DNA from: Camelus dromedarius
Lineage: Eukaryota
DNA: 64,000 bases
Reading direction: 5' to 3'
Assembly: GCF_036321535.1 (NCBI RefSeq)
Contig: NC_087437.1
Coordinates: forward strand, 97,218,001 to 97,282,000
Under the pieces are notes generated by a model. It was not told the origin of the DNA, did no database searches, and was given only the letters and a program-made list of their open reading frames with translations. A program made the translations under genes and the position numbers. This document shows positions 25,661 to 38,226 of this stretch, piece after piece; the stretch's first letter is position 1; each line of letters begins with the position of its first letter.

Positions 25661-27534
25661 GGTAAATGTGTGCCAAAGCTCTCTCTCTATAGCTGAGTGA
25701 GTATCTAATTGGCATTAAAAGACATTAGAGCTCTGGAGTGATAGTTAAATATCTTCTAGGAATTAGATTTCAAAGCACTCAGCTATTGGACTTGAAATAA
25801 ACTATTGCATTCAATAAAAATCCACCAAAAATTTATTGGCCACCAAGGCGCAGGGTATGCATTAAATCTGCCAACTATTTTATTTTCCATTGGTACCAAT
25901 AGTAACATAAGAAGGATGATACAGATACCAACATAGCACAGAAATAAGAATCAAGAATGTCACATTAATGAGCAACAACAAAAAAGTAACAAGAAGAATA
26001 CAATGAACACTTGAGACAAAAGCTAATAGCAATAAATGTCTTTAAACCAAGAATAATTATAACAGAGAAATGCTTGAAATAATGCTAATCAGAATGACTA
26101 AAGAAAGTTTACTTTAAGAAATAAAAATTAACTGTTGAATACAAAAGAAATTGAAGCTTCAGTATAAGAAGTCGATTGAAGAACATACAACAGAAACATG
26201 TTTTTAAAACCACATAGAGTAATATTAATCCACACAAACTTCAAAGTACATATGAGTGCAAGTCAAACAGAGCTGAAATGTTATTAATGTTCCCAAAGTC
26301 TGTTAATCTGGATCCCTAGAAACATTACTTTATATTGTTGCTTATTCATCTATAATAGAAAATAATGACAAAATAACCACAACCCAAGTATTTACAAGCA
26401 GTTTAAAAATAAATTGGCATAAAGTTCATGTTCAAAGAAACTGCTTTCAAATGATTATATGTTTTTTAAACTTTACCTTGAAATAAGAGTATAGAATTTT
26501 CAAGCTATCCGAATTATGATTTTTCTCTTAAATGCTGTTTTAGTGAGATGTTATTGCAATCTGACTGATCTGATTAACATTTCAGGGCATAATTTTGGTG
26601 AATGTGTTAAAAATGCTAAAAAAACCCCTCAGAATTCATCAGTAAAGAAATAGGGATGGATATAAGGATGTTTAAAATAAATTTTTTAAATTAAAAAAAT
26701 TTAAACTGAAAAATAGTAAAGCCCTTTCTTTTTATGAAAAATACTTAAAAATCTATTTTCTTGTGGTTATAGGCAAAAGCATACATTTCAAGTATTATCA
26801 ACTACTCATTTAAGTAATTAGTTGAAAACTTTTAGCAAGACTACACTGAGATATTTCTTCCTTACAAATTCAAATCTGTCTAGTACATAAGGCATGCAAA
26901 CTATAATGCCTACTACTTTTCTAATGTCCCAAGTTCCATCTTTATTCAAGTCACAGTATCTCTTTTTTGTACTATTAAAACAATGTCTTCATTTATTAAT
27001 GTCTCCCCCTTGCACAGTCTCCTTTCTCTGTCCCTATCACCCACCATCATTGAGCATGTCTACTTACTCCTTATACTATGATTTTTCATTACTTTGTTAA
27101 AGTCATAAAATTATTCTCACCATTGCCAAGGGAATAAAATGACAAGTGTCTTACTGCTGCATACAAGGAGATCACAAACTAATTTTTTTTTCTTCAGCAG
27201 TATTTACTGCAAACTTTTTTGTATTTCTTTGCTGCAACAATATCAAGTTGGTAGAAGTTTCCTAAACATGTGAAGCGATTTTATAACTCGTTATATTTCC
27301 ACATTCTGTTCTCACTTTTTTGAAATGCTTCCACCACTTATTGGTTTGACAAAATATTACTAGTTCTTTGAAACACAGCTGAAGATTGAACTTATCTGGC
27401 AGAACGTCCTTGATGTACATTGTCAGAACTGGTAGCTTCGTTTCCTGTGATTCTAGAATATTTCATGTGAACTAATCTGCCTTAATGCATATACTACTCT
27501 GTGCTGTAATAGTTTGTATTGTTGTGCTTCTTAC

Positions 27535-27632
27535 CAAAATTTGAGCTCCTTGAAGTCTGGTGATATATCTTACCTCTCTTTGCAAAAATCTGAGCTCCTT
27601 GAAGTCTGGTGATATATCTTACCTCTCTTTGC
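27535..27632. repeat. Tandem duplication, 49-bp period, 2 copies
   Basis: Identical 42-bp core TGAGCTCCTTGAAGTCTGGTGATATATCTTACCTCTCTTTGC at 27542-27583 and 27591-27632. Confidence 0.95.
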
Positions 27633-27706
27633 TTTTTGAAAGAAGAAGGGATGTTGAATTGATGATATTTTATGTTAGATGTTAATGATGATATTACACA
27701 TTTCTT

Positions 27707-27842
27707 TTTTGGGGGGGGGGAATGAGGGGAGGTAGTTAGGTTTACTTGTTTATTTATTTTTAGAGGCGGTACTGGGGATTGAACCCAGGACCTTGGGTAT
27801 GCTACACATGCGCTCTACCACTTGAGCTATACTCTCCCCCCA
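27707..27842 (-). mobile_element. tRNA-derived SINE, camelid Vic-1-like, full length with TSD
   Basis: Minus strand reads GGGGGAGAGTATAGCTCAAGTGGTAGAGCGCATG...GGTCCTGGGTTCAATCCCCAGTACC...AAATAAATAAAC...CCTAACTACCTCCCC...C10-A tail. Pol III A box (TAGCTCAAGTGG) and B box (GGTTCAATCCC). 11-bp TSD ACACATTTCTT at 27696-27706 and 27843-27853; L1-endonuclease-type TT/AAGA site. Confidence 0.9.
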
Positions 27843-30049
27843 ACACATTTCTTAAAAGTTAACACATTTTAAAGAAATCAGTGCATCAGTAAATCTCTAA
27901 TATTGTTTCTACACCTTGGTACATCAACAAATTGAACAGCATTTGAAATAACTGCCATCCTTGCAACTAATTTACTTCCTGATCTGTCACCATTGTTGAG
28001 ATCAGCTTAATGACTTCCTTTGAAACATGGATTTAGAAACACACACAAAAGTAATGAGTAAAGCATTTTATTTTTCATTCCTTTGTAAGGTTCATTTGAC
28101 TAGTACTCCTTTCACCTGATAACAAAATGGAATTTTAAAATTCTTTAACTGCGTTTCTGGTATTTTTACTTTATGCCTAGAAGGCGTCTCACATTATGCT
28201 ACAAGCTGCCACAGTCTGTGACTTTTCTCTAGGTGTATTTCCAATAAAGAGGCGCTGGCAAAAATGGAGTGACAGAGGGTGACTTTCAAGTCAACCACTC
28301 AGTCACAGATGTGCTCCTAGAAATGCATTAGTGTCCAGGAACCAAATTACATGCCACTGAGTTAAATCCTAGCAAACCACACTGGTAATAATGTAATGAA
28401 CTGAAAAAGTGCTACCAAGTTGGGTTATCAGTGATTCTTGGAGTCGTAATAGCAGCATCTTTCCATTAGAAAAACAAAAAACATATACAAACCAAGGACC
28501 TTGTCTCCTCATAGAAGGAAGAAATGCAAGCAGTTTGCTAGATATTTTTAGTATAACACTCTGTCATGCATGTGTTAGACAAGAGAATAGTAAACAGCTA
28601 TGAACTTTGGTCCTCAGTTTTTCTCACATAGGGAGAGCATTCAGTGAACTGTAAAAAGGAGGAAATAAAAATAACTTCAAAGAAAGCTGGAAGCAAGGAG
28701 GCCAGAAGATTAGCAAGGATAAAAAGAACAACTGAAGGAATGCTTACAGTGTAACAGCTCTTTCAGATCATATCAGTTATCCTCAGGTAACGTTCACTAG
28801 TAATTTCACAGTTTCGGAAGCCCATGACTTTTTTCTGTGTGCAGTGCTCTTGCTCAGAAAGCAATAACTTCTGAAAAACAACCATCATGCAATCTCTTTT
28901 GTCAATAAAAGGCAACAATGCCTGAAGCGTGACATTTAAATATGCCTTAAGTCACTCATGCAGCAATTCCATTAATAGGGCAATGCAGCCACAAGAAACC
29001 TGTTCTGTGTCAACATTATGGATTCCATTGTTTAATTTAAAATAGATATTGGGAAGACCTCTCCTGAGTTATTTTATGGCTATTCTTTTCACCAAACGCT
29101 TGCATGTAATTCCATAGATATTACGTTCTTGAATCTAGGCACAGAAATAGTCTGCACGTAGATTTTTGTTAAACTGAACGTTGGGACATTTTAGCAGATT
29201 TGCTGCGTCATTACTGGATACAAAGAGGCCACTGATTCTTGGATTCTCACAACTTTCTAAAAGTTGGGTAGCTGAAAGCAAAGACTACAAAACACTACAC
29301 CTAGCTGACTAAAAGCACATGAATTTTGATAATAAAAGTACAGTGGACCACAAACATGTTTGTTCAAACAGGTAACTGGGTGAAATCCACGGTAGCTTGG
29401 ACAAACCCTGGTACAAATCACACTGTGCTAGGATCCTTGGCCACTTCTGTACATTCACAAGGCTCAATGCTTTTGTTGAATTCATTGGGGCTTAGAAACC
29501 AAGTTAGACCTAAGAAAATATTTTGTTCTACTTCAAGGTTATCAGCTGGGATTATTAAGAATTTAGGACAACAAAATAGGTGAAAGGTGAGTAAGTAGTT
29601 TAAGACTAAGACTGGGAACAATCAAGGTAATTTAGGAAGATTGAGGAAAGAAAAAGTTCAGCAAGTATTACAAGTATTTTGCAACGCTCCAGATGAGAGA
29701 GAGATACATATGATAAGAAGTAGTGTGATCTTCAAGATTAAAGTCAAGTATAAATGCAGATATTAAACAATTATACACTCCAATATGAAAAGCACTGAAG
29801 TCTAGGTACAAATAAAGGGCACAGGAGATGAGCCGTTTAAGTATGACTCAGGAGGAGCTGAGTGTGTGATATATTAGACAACAGTGCTTGTACATGTCTG
29901 AACACTGGTAATTCTGATTCAGTAATATTATTCCTCAAAACATTACCATCCTCCCCACTGTAATATTGCTTCTGCTTTCAAAAGCTGAATTGTCTTTTAA
30001 TTTCTCAAAGAGACTGAATTCCACTCCACTTTTTTTGCTGTGCTTTGTA

Positions 30050-30355
30050 TCACTCTCACTGCCTGGATTCTGCTTTTCCTGGGTATAGTAAACAGTCATC
30101 ATTTGTGATCTACCTCCCATGTTATCTCCCCTATTAATTTACCTCCAGCTCTCCAGATAATATTTAGTTACTTTCCCTGTATGCTCAGAGCACTTTATAT
30201 TTATCTCCACTTCATAACTTAGCAATTTAACTTGCAAGCTTTCTTTTGCAGGCAGTATAATTCTTGAGGATAAGGATGTACCTCATTCTTCTTTGTAATT
30301 GCCTCAGTGCTTGATATATAGAAGGTGCTCAATAAATGTTTATTAGATGAATATA
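30050..30355 (+). mobile_element. L2 3' end
   Basis: CAGTGCTTGATATATAGAAGGTGCTCAATAAATGTTTATTAGATGAAT. Confidence 0.65.
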
Positions 30356-31356
30356 GGACTGCATGCATGGAAGTACCCTAGATTATTAAAGAGCAGTTTG
30401 TGACCTCCACAGTGTGCCATGAAGGTTGCCACCCTCATCCATTTGCCATTGCTTCAATCCATTCTCCCTGGTCTTGACGCTACTTCCATTTTTGGATATT
30501 TTCTATAAAAACTTCTCAAACATCATTAGTGAATATTTTAGTGGAGACAGACAACTTTCTTTTCTTTTTGCAGAATGCAAAATTATAGGCAAGTCATGCA
30601 CTCCTAAAAAGACATTTTACTAATCTCACAGTTTTACTAAGACCTGAAAACCACCTTGCCTAGAATTTCATGCTCTCACTCACAATACTTAGTTTTTATT
30701 TTAATGGCATCCCCAGTATCTCTTTATAGACATCATCTAACTCAATGATTCCATCTAATGTAGCCCATGAATTCCCTGAGGGGTTCTTACAATACTTGAT
30801 GCCACAGACCACCTGCTTAAGAAAAAGAAGGAAAAAAGCTTATGATAGCCACTCTATTAAAAGAAGACTAAAAGAATGGTCAAAGCTTTCTTTTGTTGAA
30901 TCCACTTCAGAAATGAGCTATTATTATCTGAACTATGGTCTTCTTAAGTCTGAGGAGAATCAAGATATAAAATAAAACTAAAATAAGCCAGAAATTCAGG
31001 CTTGCACTAGATCACTGAATTTCCAGTTGTTCTCAAAACAGCTTTCTATAAGCAGGGTAGTTTCTTTTTTGATGGTTTTTGTTTGTTTGTTTGTCTGTTT
31101 TGCTTAGATTTTCAATTCTATCTAGCCTCCCCAGGTGGACAGAGGCTAAGAGGTGGTACAACTGGAATAACAGAAAGTAAAGCATTTTACAGGGAGTAAA
31201 GCTAATGACTAGCATATGTGGGTTTTTGAAGGGGACTCAGGTCCCAGGTAGAAAAAAAAAGATGAAGATGTGAATGATGATGCTGATATTATAGGGAGGA
31301 AATTTCAGATCCCAAAGTAGCTTACTTTCTTGGGACATCCTGAATGTTTTATCATT

Positions 31357-31873
31357 TGTGGTAAATTTCAAAAATGACCACAGTAGTTTGAGGCTCCTCC
31401 CATCAAAACGTGAGAGGGTGGGGATCTCTTTCCCCACAGATTGAAAATGAGTTTGCCTTGTGATTTGCTTTGACCAAACAGACAAATCAGAAATGTTACT
31501 GTGTCTCCAGCCGAGGCTCAAGGGGACTTGCAATTTTTACGACACTCTCAGAATCCCTACCATCTACCACAACGTGAACAAGCTGTGACGAGAGTGTTGG
31601 AATGTGAGAGGTCTGCTGTGTAGTCACCCTCATCAGCCATGCTAACAGAAAGGAAGACGCCGGGTGTGAGAGTAAGACCATTTTGGACATCACAGCCCAT
31701 GGCCAAAACCATCACTGACCACAGAAGCATGAGTGGGCCCAGCCAAGATCATCCTCGTCTGATCAGATAAACAAAAATGCTCAGATGATCCACTGATCAC
31801 GAACAATAGTAATTGTTGTTTTAAGCATTACGTTTTGGAGTAGTTTGTTGCACACAAAAATTCTGCTGATGCA
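31357..31873 (+). mobile_element. MLT1 (ERVL-MaLR) solo LTR
   Basis: TGTGGTAAATTTCAAAAATGACCACA...CCTTGTGATTTGCTTTGACCAA...TTGTTGTTTTAAGCATTACGTTTTGGAGTAGTTTGTTGCACA are hallmark MLT1 ends. Confidence 0.8.
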
Positions 31874-31894
31874 TTTTTATTCTCACAGTATTTT

Positions 31895-32095
31895 ATTCTA
31901 TTCAGTAACTAGTTGTTGAGCATCATTTTGTGCCAGCCACTGATCTAAAACCTGGAGATACAAAAGTGAACAAGCCATAGTCCCTGGCTTCAGAGTGTTT
32001 ACCATCTTTGGGGAATATACTCAAATAAATAAGCATTTTAATACAATAAAATAAGTACTGTAATAAGGACAATCAGAAGGTGCTATGGACAATCA
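31895..32095 (-). mobile_element. L2 3' fragment
   Basis: TTGTTGAGCATCATTTTGTGCCAGCCACTGATCTAAAACCTGGAGATACAAAAGTGAACAAG. Confidence 0.7.
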
Positions 32096-32512
32096 AAGTG
32101 TTCAAAATAAGAAATGTTCATCTATATAGACTGCATGTATATGAAGTCACTCTGATTTAGGCACTTCCATAAAGTCAAAAAAGCCAAACTGGAATCCTGT
32201 TTAAAATGCAGTGTTTTGAACTGGTTCCCTCTGTTTCCCAATTACTGAAGGGGTTAGAATTAAAAAAAAATTTAATCAGATCATGTTCTACCCTTCCTAG
32301 GTAGCACAAGGGTACTCTTTATGTTCAAACAGGGAAAGGAGCGAGCCAAATCTTTCTCAGAACAGTAATGCAGCTTTCTTGTATCACAACAAGGGTAAAA
32401 TCAAAGGCACACCAGTGGAATTATTTATTCCAATTGGGCTTGGACTGTGCAGTTTCCAAGGAATAAAATTGTTTCCCTTGGCTAGAGGGTCTTACGTTAA
32501 GAATTACTTTGA

Positions 32513-32950
32513 TATTCAGCCATAAAAAAGAATAAAATACTGTCATTTGCAGCAACATGGATGGACCCGGAGATAATCATTTTAAGGGAAGTAAGCCAAA
32601 AAGAGAAAGAAAAATACCTTATAATATCACTTACATGTGGAATCTTGAAAACAAAACACAGAAATGAACTTATTTACAAAACAGAAACAGATTCACAGAC
32701 ATAGACTTATGGTTATCAGGGAGTAAAGGGGTGGGAAGGGATAAATTGGGAGTCTGAGACTTGCAGATACTAACTACTATATACAAAATAAACAACAAGT
32801 GTATACTGTACAGCACAGGAACTATATATCCTGTAGTAACCTATAATAAAAAAGAATATGAAAATGAATATATGTATGTATGCATGACTGAAGCATTATG
32901 CTGTACACCAGAAATTGACACAACATTGTAAACTGACTATACTTCAATAC
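32513..32950 (+). mobile_element. 5'-truncated LINE-1 (end of ORF2 plus 3' UTR), cetartiodactyl type
   Basis: TCAGCCATAAAAAAGAATAAAATACTGTCATTTGCAGCAACATGGATGGACC...ACAAAACAGAAACAGATTCACAGACATAGA...ACAACATTGTAAACTGACTATACTTCAAT is a characteristic L1 3' end. Confidence 0.9.
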
Positions 32951-33376
32951 AGTAAATGCTTCTAACATTTCTCTAGTATGCATGATGTTTGTAGTAGATT
33001 TTTGGTAATCTTTACCAGGATATAGATGTGCCCTTCTATTCCTAGTTTATTAACAGTTTTTGTCATGAATGAGTGTCGAATCTTATTTGCTGGCTTTCCA
33101 GTATCTAGTGAGATGACCATATGGCCTTTCTCTTTTATTACGTTAGAGAATTATATTAATAAACTTTCTACCAATGTTAAGCCATCACTGAAATCTTGAG
33201 ATCAACCCAACTTAGACATTATGTATTTTTTTTATACATTGTTAGATAGTTTGCCCATGTTTAATTTAGGATTTTCACATTTTTATTCAAAACTGAGTTG
33301 ACTTTGTAATTTTCTTTTCTTGTGATGTTATTGTCTGGTTTAAATATCGAACTTTTGCTCACCTCACCAAATGAGT
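32951..33376 (-). mobile_element. Old L1 ORF2 (RT-region) fragment
   Basis: CCTTCTATTCCTAGTTTATTAACAGTTTTTGTCATGAATGAGTGTCGAAT...GTATCTAGTGAGATGACCATATGG matches antisense L1M ORF2. Confidence 0.8.
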
Positions 33377-35379
33377 CTAGAGGCTTATGTATATTGCTCA
33401 AAATCAACCAATGTATCATAATTTTAATGGCTTCACTGTTGTTTGTATCATAATTGACTTACAAATTGAAGAAGACACTCTGTATAGTTTGTCGGTAATT
33501 TTAATGGTGAAAATGGTAAATATTTAATAAAACAAATTTTTAAATTAAAAAAAAAGAATGAATTTGAAAGAATATCTGAAGCAGCGTTCTATGTTTTCTT
33601 TTTAATTTCTCTGATGAGGAAAGTGAACTCATACTGGAACTAGATACCACGCCCCCACCTCTTAATGCCTCCACAGCAAACCAACCATGCCTAAGGAGAA
33701 TCTCCCTGATCTTCAGGGAGTATCTCTATACTCCTGATTCATGGTCTAGTGTTGGGTTAGGTTCTGTGGGAGCTTTAGGAGGCATGGTTAATGCAGGTGG
33801 GGCTTCGTGTTACCTGCCTCCCATCACTGCAAAGGGTTCTAGTGGAGTCAGTGTTAGCGAAGCAAAGCCCTTCTGTCTTTCTCACTGGGTTACTAAGTGG
33901 AGCCATCTGTGGCTTTGGGTGGGGATTATAAAAGCCATGTGCAAGCATTGATCTCACCCCATTCTTAAATTAAAATGAATTTAGTGATGGACAGTCTACA
34001 TATATGGGGCTCTGAATGCTTGATTACACAAAGATTTAATTTTATGCCTAATATTTCTTTTCATCTGGTCATCTTAAGAAGAGGTATTTTATACATGCCA
34101 ATGTGATTTTAAAAAAGTGTTCTGATAACATATAGTTTGGTTAAGATACAGTTTGGGTATTTGAGACTATTTAATATATTACCAAATGGAAACCATTTTC
34201 AAACAAAAAGTTATTTTAACTATGTCAAGCTTGTTTGTAGAAATTCCCACTAACTTCTACCTCAGGTTCCTAGTTCCGTATTGTTCAGTCCTAGTAGCCA
34301 CATCTGTCAGAAGATGTGTCTTAACTCCAAGAACATTTTAGTTTTTTAGATATGTATAAAATCTGTATAAAATATGGCACTAATATTCCTAGACTCTGCA
34401 TATATAGATTCTGCAACTTAAATAGAAATACACTTACCTGGAAGTAGCAACATTACTCTTAAAATGTTAAGTTAACAAAGAACAAATAATTTTACCTGAA
34501 AGACTGAAAGTTATGTTCTTTTTATAGTATCATTAAACCTGATACAAGTAAAAATAACAGTAACAGAGGAAAATTAATGTCAGTATACTTTAACATGTTA
34601 TCAGTTAACAATCAAAAGACTCTTCTTAATATAGTAGGATGTTTCTCTTTTAGCCACAGTTTCTAATCTCTTAGAGTACACACTCCATTAGATAGATTTT
34701 TATATTATTATTCCTTAGTAGCCAGATCATCTACTCATGTAATAGGAAACCTAAGGAAACCCTATGCTTGATAGAAGTAATGTACATTTTTGAGTGAGTT
34801 TAGTAACATAGTAGCCAATCTAGTTTTTGGAGGTAAACATAAGTTAATATGATCAAGTAACCACCCAGGAAACAGAAAGATTGCTGTGAACCAATGTTTT
34901 TAAGTAATGCTCAAATTTGGACACAAACCTGCTGAAGTCACAGTTAAAAAAAAATCAACTTGAAAAATATGTCTTATTCAATGTGCAAAGATTGAAGCAA
35001 ACATTTGATATGCAGCTAATTTCTAAGTTTCTTGTTTTGCTTTTTCTCACATCAGCAAATGTGCAGTCAATACAGTATGTGCAAAGCCTCAGATATAATT
35101 ATGCATGTAACAGATTGTAAATAGTCTTTCAATTTTTTTTGGTAATCTACATATTTTGTGTGCACAGAATATTCTAGAACAAACACATGCTACTCAAAGA
35201 AGGTTAAAGATAGGAATGGATCATCCTTATTTTAATGAAGCAAAGTTCTTCTTGCATGTCTAATCCTTGTGCTCAAATTAAATAGTAAACCAAGGCATTA
35301 AATTAGCTACTTTCATGAATTTATACACACACACACCACACACACATACACCCCACATACAACACATACTCACATGCTT

Positions 35380-35560
35380 GGATTCATCATTCACTGTCAG
35401 CTCTGTGCCAGGAACTGTCCAGGATGAAGGGGATATGAAACAATTAAGTACCATGGAACTCATGGAGGAGACAGATTCTTTCCTTATGAGTCAGTACACA
35501 AAGGTTATCATGGGGATGTCAGGGAAGATATAAAACCCAGCTTATTAGAGAGGAATTGGG
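35380..35560 (-). mobile_element. L2 3' fragment
   Basis: CTCTGTGCCAGGAACTGTCCAGGATGAAGGGGATATGAAAC...CATGGAACTCATGG. Confidence 0.5.
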
Positions 35561-36559
35561 AAAAAGCAGACATATGAGTCAGCAACTAGACAGGTACCTG
35601 GCTCTAATAAACACTAGAGAATTTTTTTTTTTTTTTGGTCTTGTCAACTAAGTTGATTCTTAAAGGGGTATAGCAGCAGTTGCTGGTTCTAAGCATGGAC
35701 GTTCATGCACAATCAATTCTGTTTTCCCATTCCAGTCTTCTTTGCTGCTCTGGGAAAGGTTGTCCTTGTCACAATTATTTGGGGCAATTTTATTTAGTAT
35801 TTTAATAATTTTTACTTTGTATTGTGACCGATGAAGAGCTCCTGGCAGAAGCAGAAGTGATAAAGCCAGTGTTCTCTATTGTCTCACAGAGATGTCTCCA
35901 CTCTGTGGTTTCTTTTCACTACTTTTTAAGCCACAGATTTATTGTAAGAGTTAATGTATTTAATACTCTGGTAAAGTAATACATTAATTCACTTAAACAT
36001 GTATAGAAGAAATGTCACAACCAGAAAGAGATTTAAGAAGTGAGGACATCATCTTCAGCCCTCTCACTGTGGATCACTTATCCTTCCCTCTGAATACCTC
36101 AAACTTGGTAGAATCACATGAATTCAAATATCTGATGTACTGACCAAGGGAGGACACCTATTCTCATCTGTATATTGAATATAAAACAAGCTCAAGTTAT
36201 TTCTTGCCATTTTTAGATAAAATAAATAGAAGTTCTAGATTATCTTTTCCCACCCCAATGCATTATCCTCTGCACTGGGAATACCAGTGCTCCACTGCTC
36301 TAGAGTAAGAAGATCATATTCATGACCATCCAGTATGTTCCCATGCACATCTGAAACAATCAAGTGACATACTGATGCTTATTAAATGAAAAGCTTTCTG
36401 TCACTTTCTATATAGTATATTCAATTTCATTAAACACAGTTAATGTGATCCAGTCAATTTATTTTATAATTTATTAATGGGTAACTATCTGTAGTTTTAA
36501 AAATACTGCTCTTGAAAATGGAGAGACATTAAAAAAAGTGAAGCATGGTGGTGTCATTG

Positions 36560-37480
36560 TTTGGTTTGTAGGGTTTATTCTAATATCTGAGTGGACATAA
36601 GACTAGACAGGGAAGCAAACAGGAGGCAGCTGCATTACTCCTATCCAAATTGGTGCACTGTTAGTAAGGATTGAAAAGAGAATTTTAAAACACAAGGAAT
36701 ATTTAGTAGGTTGAATCAACAGGACTGATTACTTAAAGGCTATAAGTAGTTAGAGGGTTGGGAGAGGGTAGAAACAGGAACAAACTAGGGATAAATCCTA
36801 TTTTACAACATGACTGAGCTAATGAATTCTGATGTTGCCAAAAACGTATGGTATATATCAGAGGATGATGAAGGTTAGACATGTTGAACTTAAAGCACCT
36901 CTAGAACATCTACTCAGAGATGTCTAGCTGGCATTTGGATTCTGGATCTAAATTACTGAGAAGGAGTTTGAAAAAGAGACAACGATATCAGTCATCAGTA
37001 CATAGTGACTATTTCCAAGCACAAACAAAGATGAAACCATCTAGAGAGAGACTTTAGAATTAAAAATAGCAGCCCCCAGTGGCAGAGTTCTGGAGAGAGG
37101 TGACAACTACATGCTAGGCAAAGCTAGAAGAGTCTCAAGAAAGGCAGCATGGAATTTGGAAAAACAGGAAGTAGTAACGACTCAGAAGGCCGATGAATAA
37201 TTTCCAGCTGTAAAGAGAGATCAACAGTGTCCAAAGCCGCAGAGAAGTCCATCAAGACCTAAACAATGAATGTTCACTGTCTTTGGAATTATAAAGCCAC
37301 TGATGGAAAAGAGTGCGAAACATTTCTGCAAAACACATGAGAAAGAAATCAAGTTGCTCTGAGTAGAGAAACGGGCGTGGAAACACTGTATGCACAGTAC
37401 TATTGTGACATGTTTGTAGGTGTAGGGGACAGAAAAAAACAGACATTATACCAGAGTGATAAGGAATCAAGGGATGATTC
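36560..37480 (-). mobile_element. L2 internal fragment
   Basis: TTAGACATGTTGAACTTAAAGCACCT...GAGATGTCTAGCTGGCATTTGGAT...GTCATCAGTACATAG...GATCAACAGTGTCCAAAGCCGCAGAGAAGTC matches antisense L2. Confidence 0.7.
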
Positions 37481-37698
37481 TTTTATTTTCTCATGGTCTG
37501 TTTGTTTTCATTTTTGCCCAATGGTAGAATTTTGACAATACACTGGGAAAGGAAATAAGAATGACGAAGCAAGATCTTAGAGTCATTGAGAGAGGACATT
37601 TTCACATCTCATGAGTGCCTTCAAGAGAATTCTACTATTAAGAATTCCTGACTTACATTTAGACACATTATAAAATGCAGGAAAATAAACCTGATAAC

Positions 37699-38226
37699 TG
37701 CGACAAATTAAAAATGGCCAAAGTCCTTTGATATTTCTCCCATCAAGAAGTGAGACCCATATTTCTCTCCCATGAATCTGAGGAGGCTTTTTAAACTAAC
37801 AGAATATGGCAAAAGAGAAACCTTGTTATTTTATGAATCTGGACCTTAAGAAACAGAAAGCTTCCACTTCCTGTCTCCTTGACTCAGGTCTACCTAGGAA
37901 CATTTGCTGCCACGGGAGAAGTCCCACCACCCCATGTGGTCATGCTGGAGTGGTCAGGTATAGGTACTGCGGTCTACTGGTCCAGCCGAATTTTACCTTC
38001 AAGTCATTTCAGCCAAGGCATGAGACGTGAGTGAAGCTGCTTCAGCCTTCTATGTCATCCCACTAGGCTGCTGAATAACAACTGTTGACCTTAGTCAATG
38101 ACACATGGAGTAGAATCACCCAGATAAATCTTGACCCACAAAATCATAAAATATGATAAGATAGTTCTTGTTTCAGGCTGCTAAGTTTTGGGGTAATTTG
38201 TTAAATAACAGTAAGTACCTGGAACA
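37699..38226 (+). mobile_element. MLT1 (ERVL-MaLR) solo LTR
   Basis: AAAAATGGCCAAAGTCCTTTGATATTTCTCCCATCAAGAAGTG...TTGACCCACAAAATCAT...GCTAAGTTTTGGGGTAATTTGTTA...CCTGGAACA. Confidence 0.85.

Noticed and set aside
13922..27632. CRISPR-like array from the 40-51-bp direct repeats
   Set aside because: Each is a two-copy head-to-tail duplication with no spacer, the units are unrelated, and the DNA is mammalian.
27765..27842. tRNA gene on the minus strand
   Set aside because: The tRNA-like head continues into a SINE body and tail and is flanked by TSDs, so it is a SINE.
29538..29592. Exon bounded by TTCTACTTCAAG and AAG|GTGAGT
   Set aside because: No recognisable peptide or partner exons, it borders L2-like sequence, and a few consensus donors are expected by chance in 64 kb.
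33600..33960. GC-richer block possibly an LTR or promoter
   Set aside because: It has LTR-like composition, but I could not identify termini, a TSD or a family, so it is left uncalled.
34430..34510. Minus-strand exon ending at CAG|GTAAGT
   Set aside because: Only a short exon with a weak acceptor can be built, and it has no recognisable coding content.
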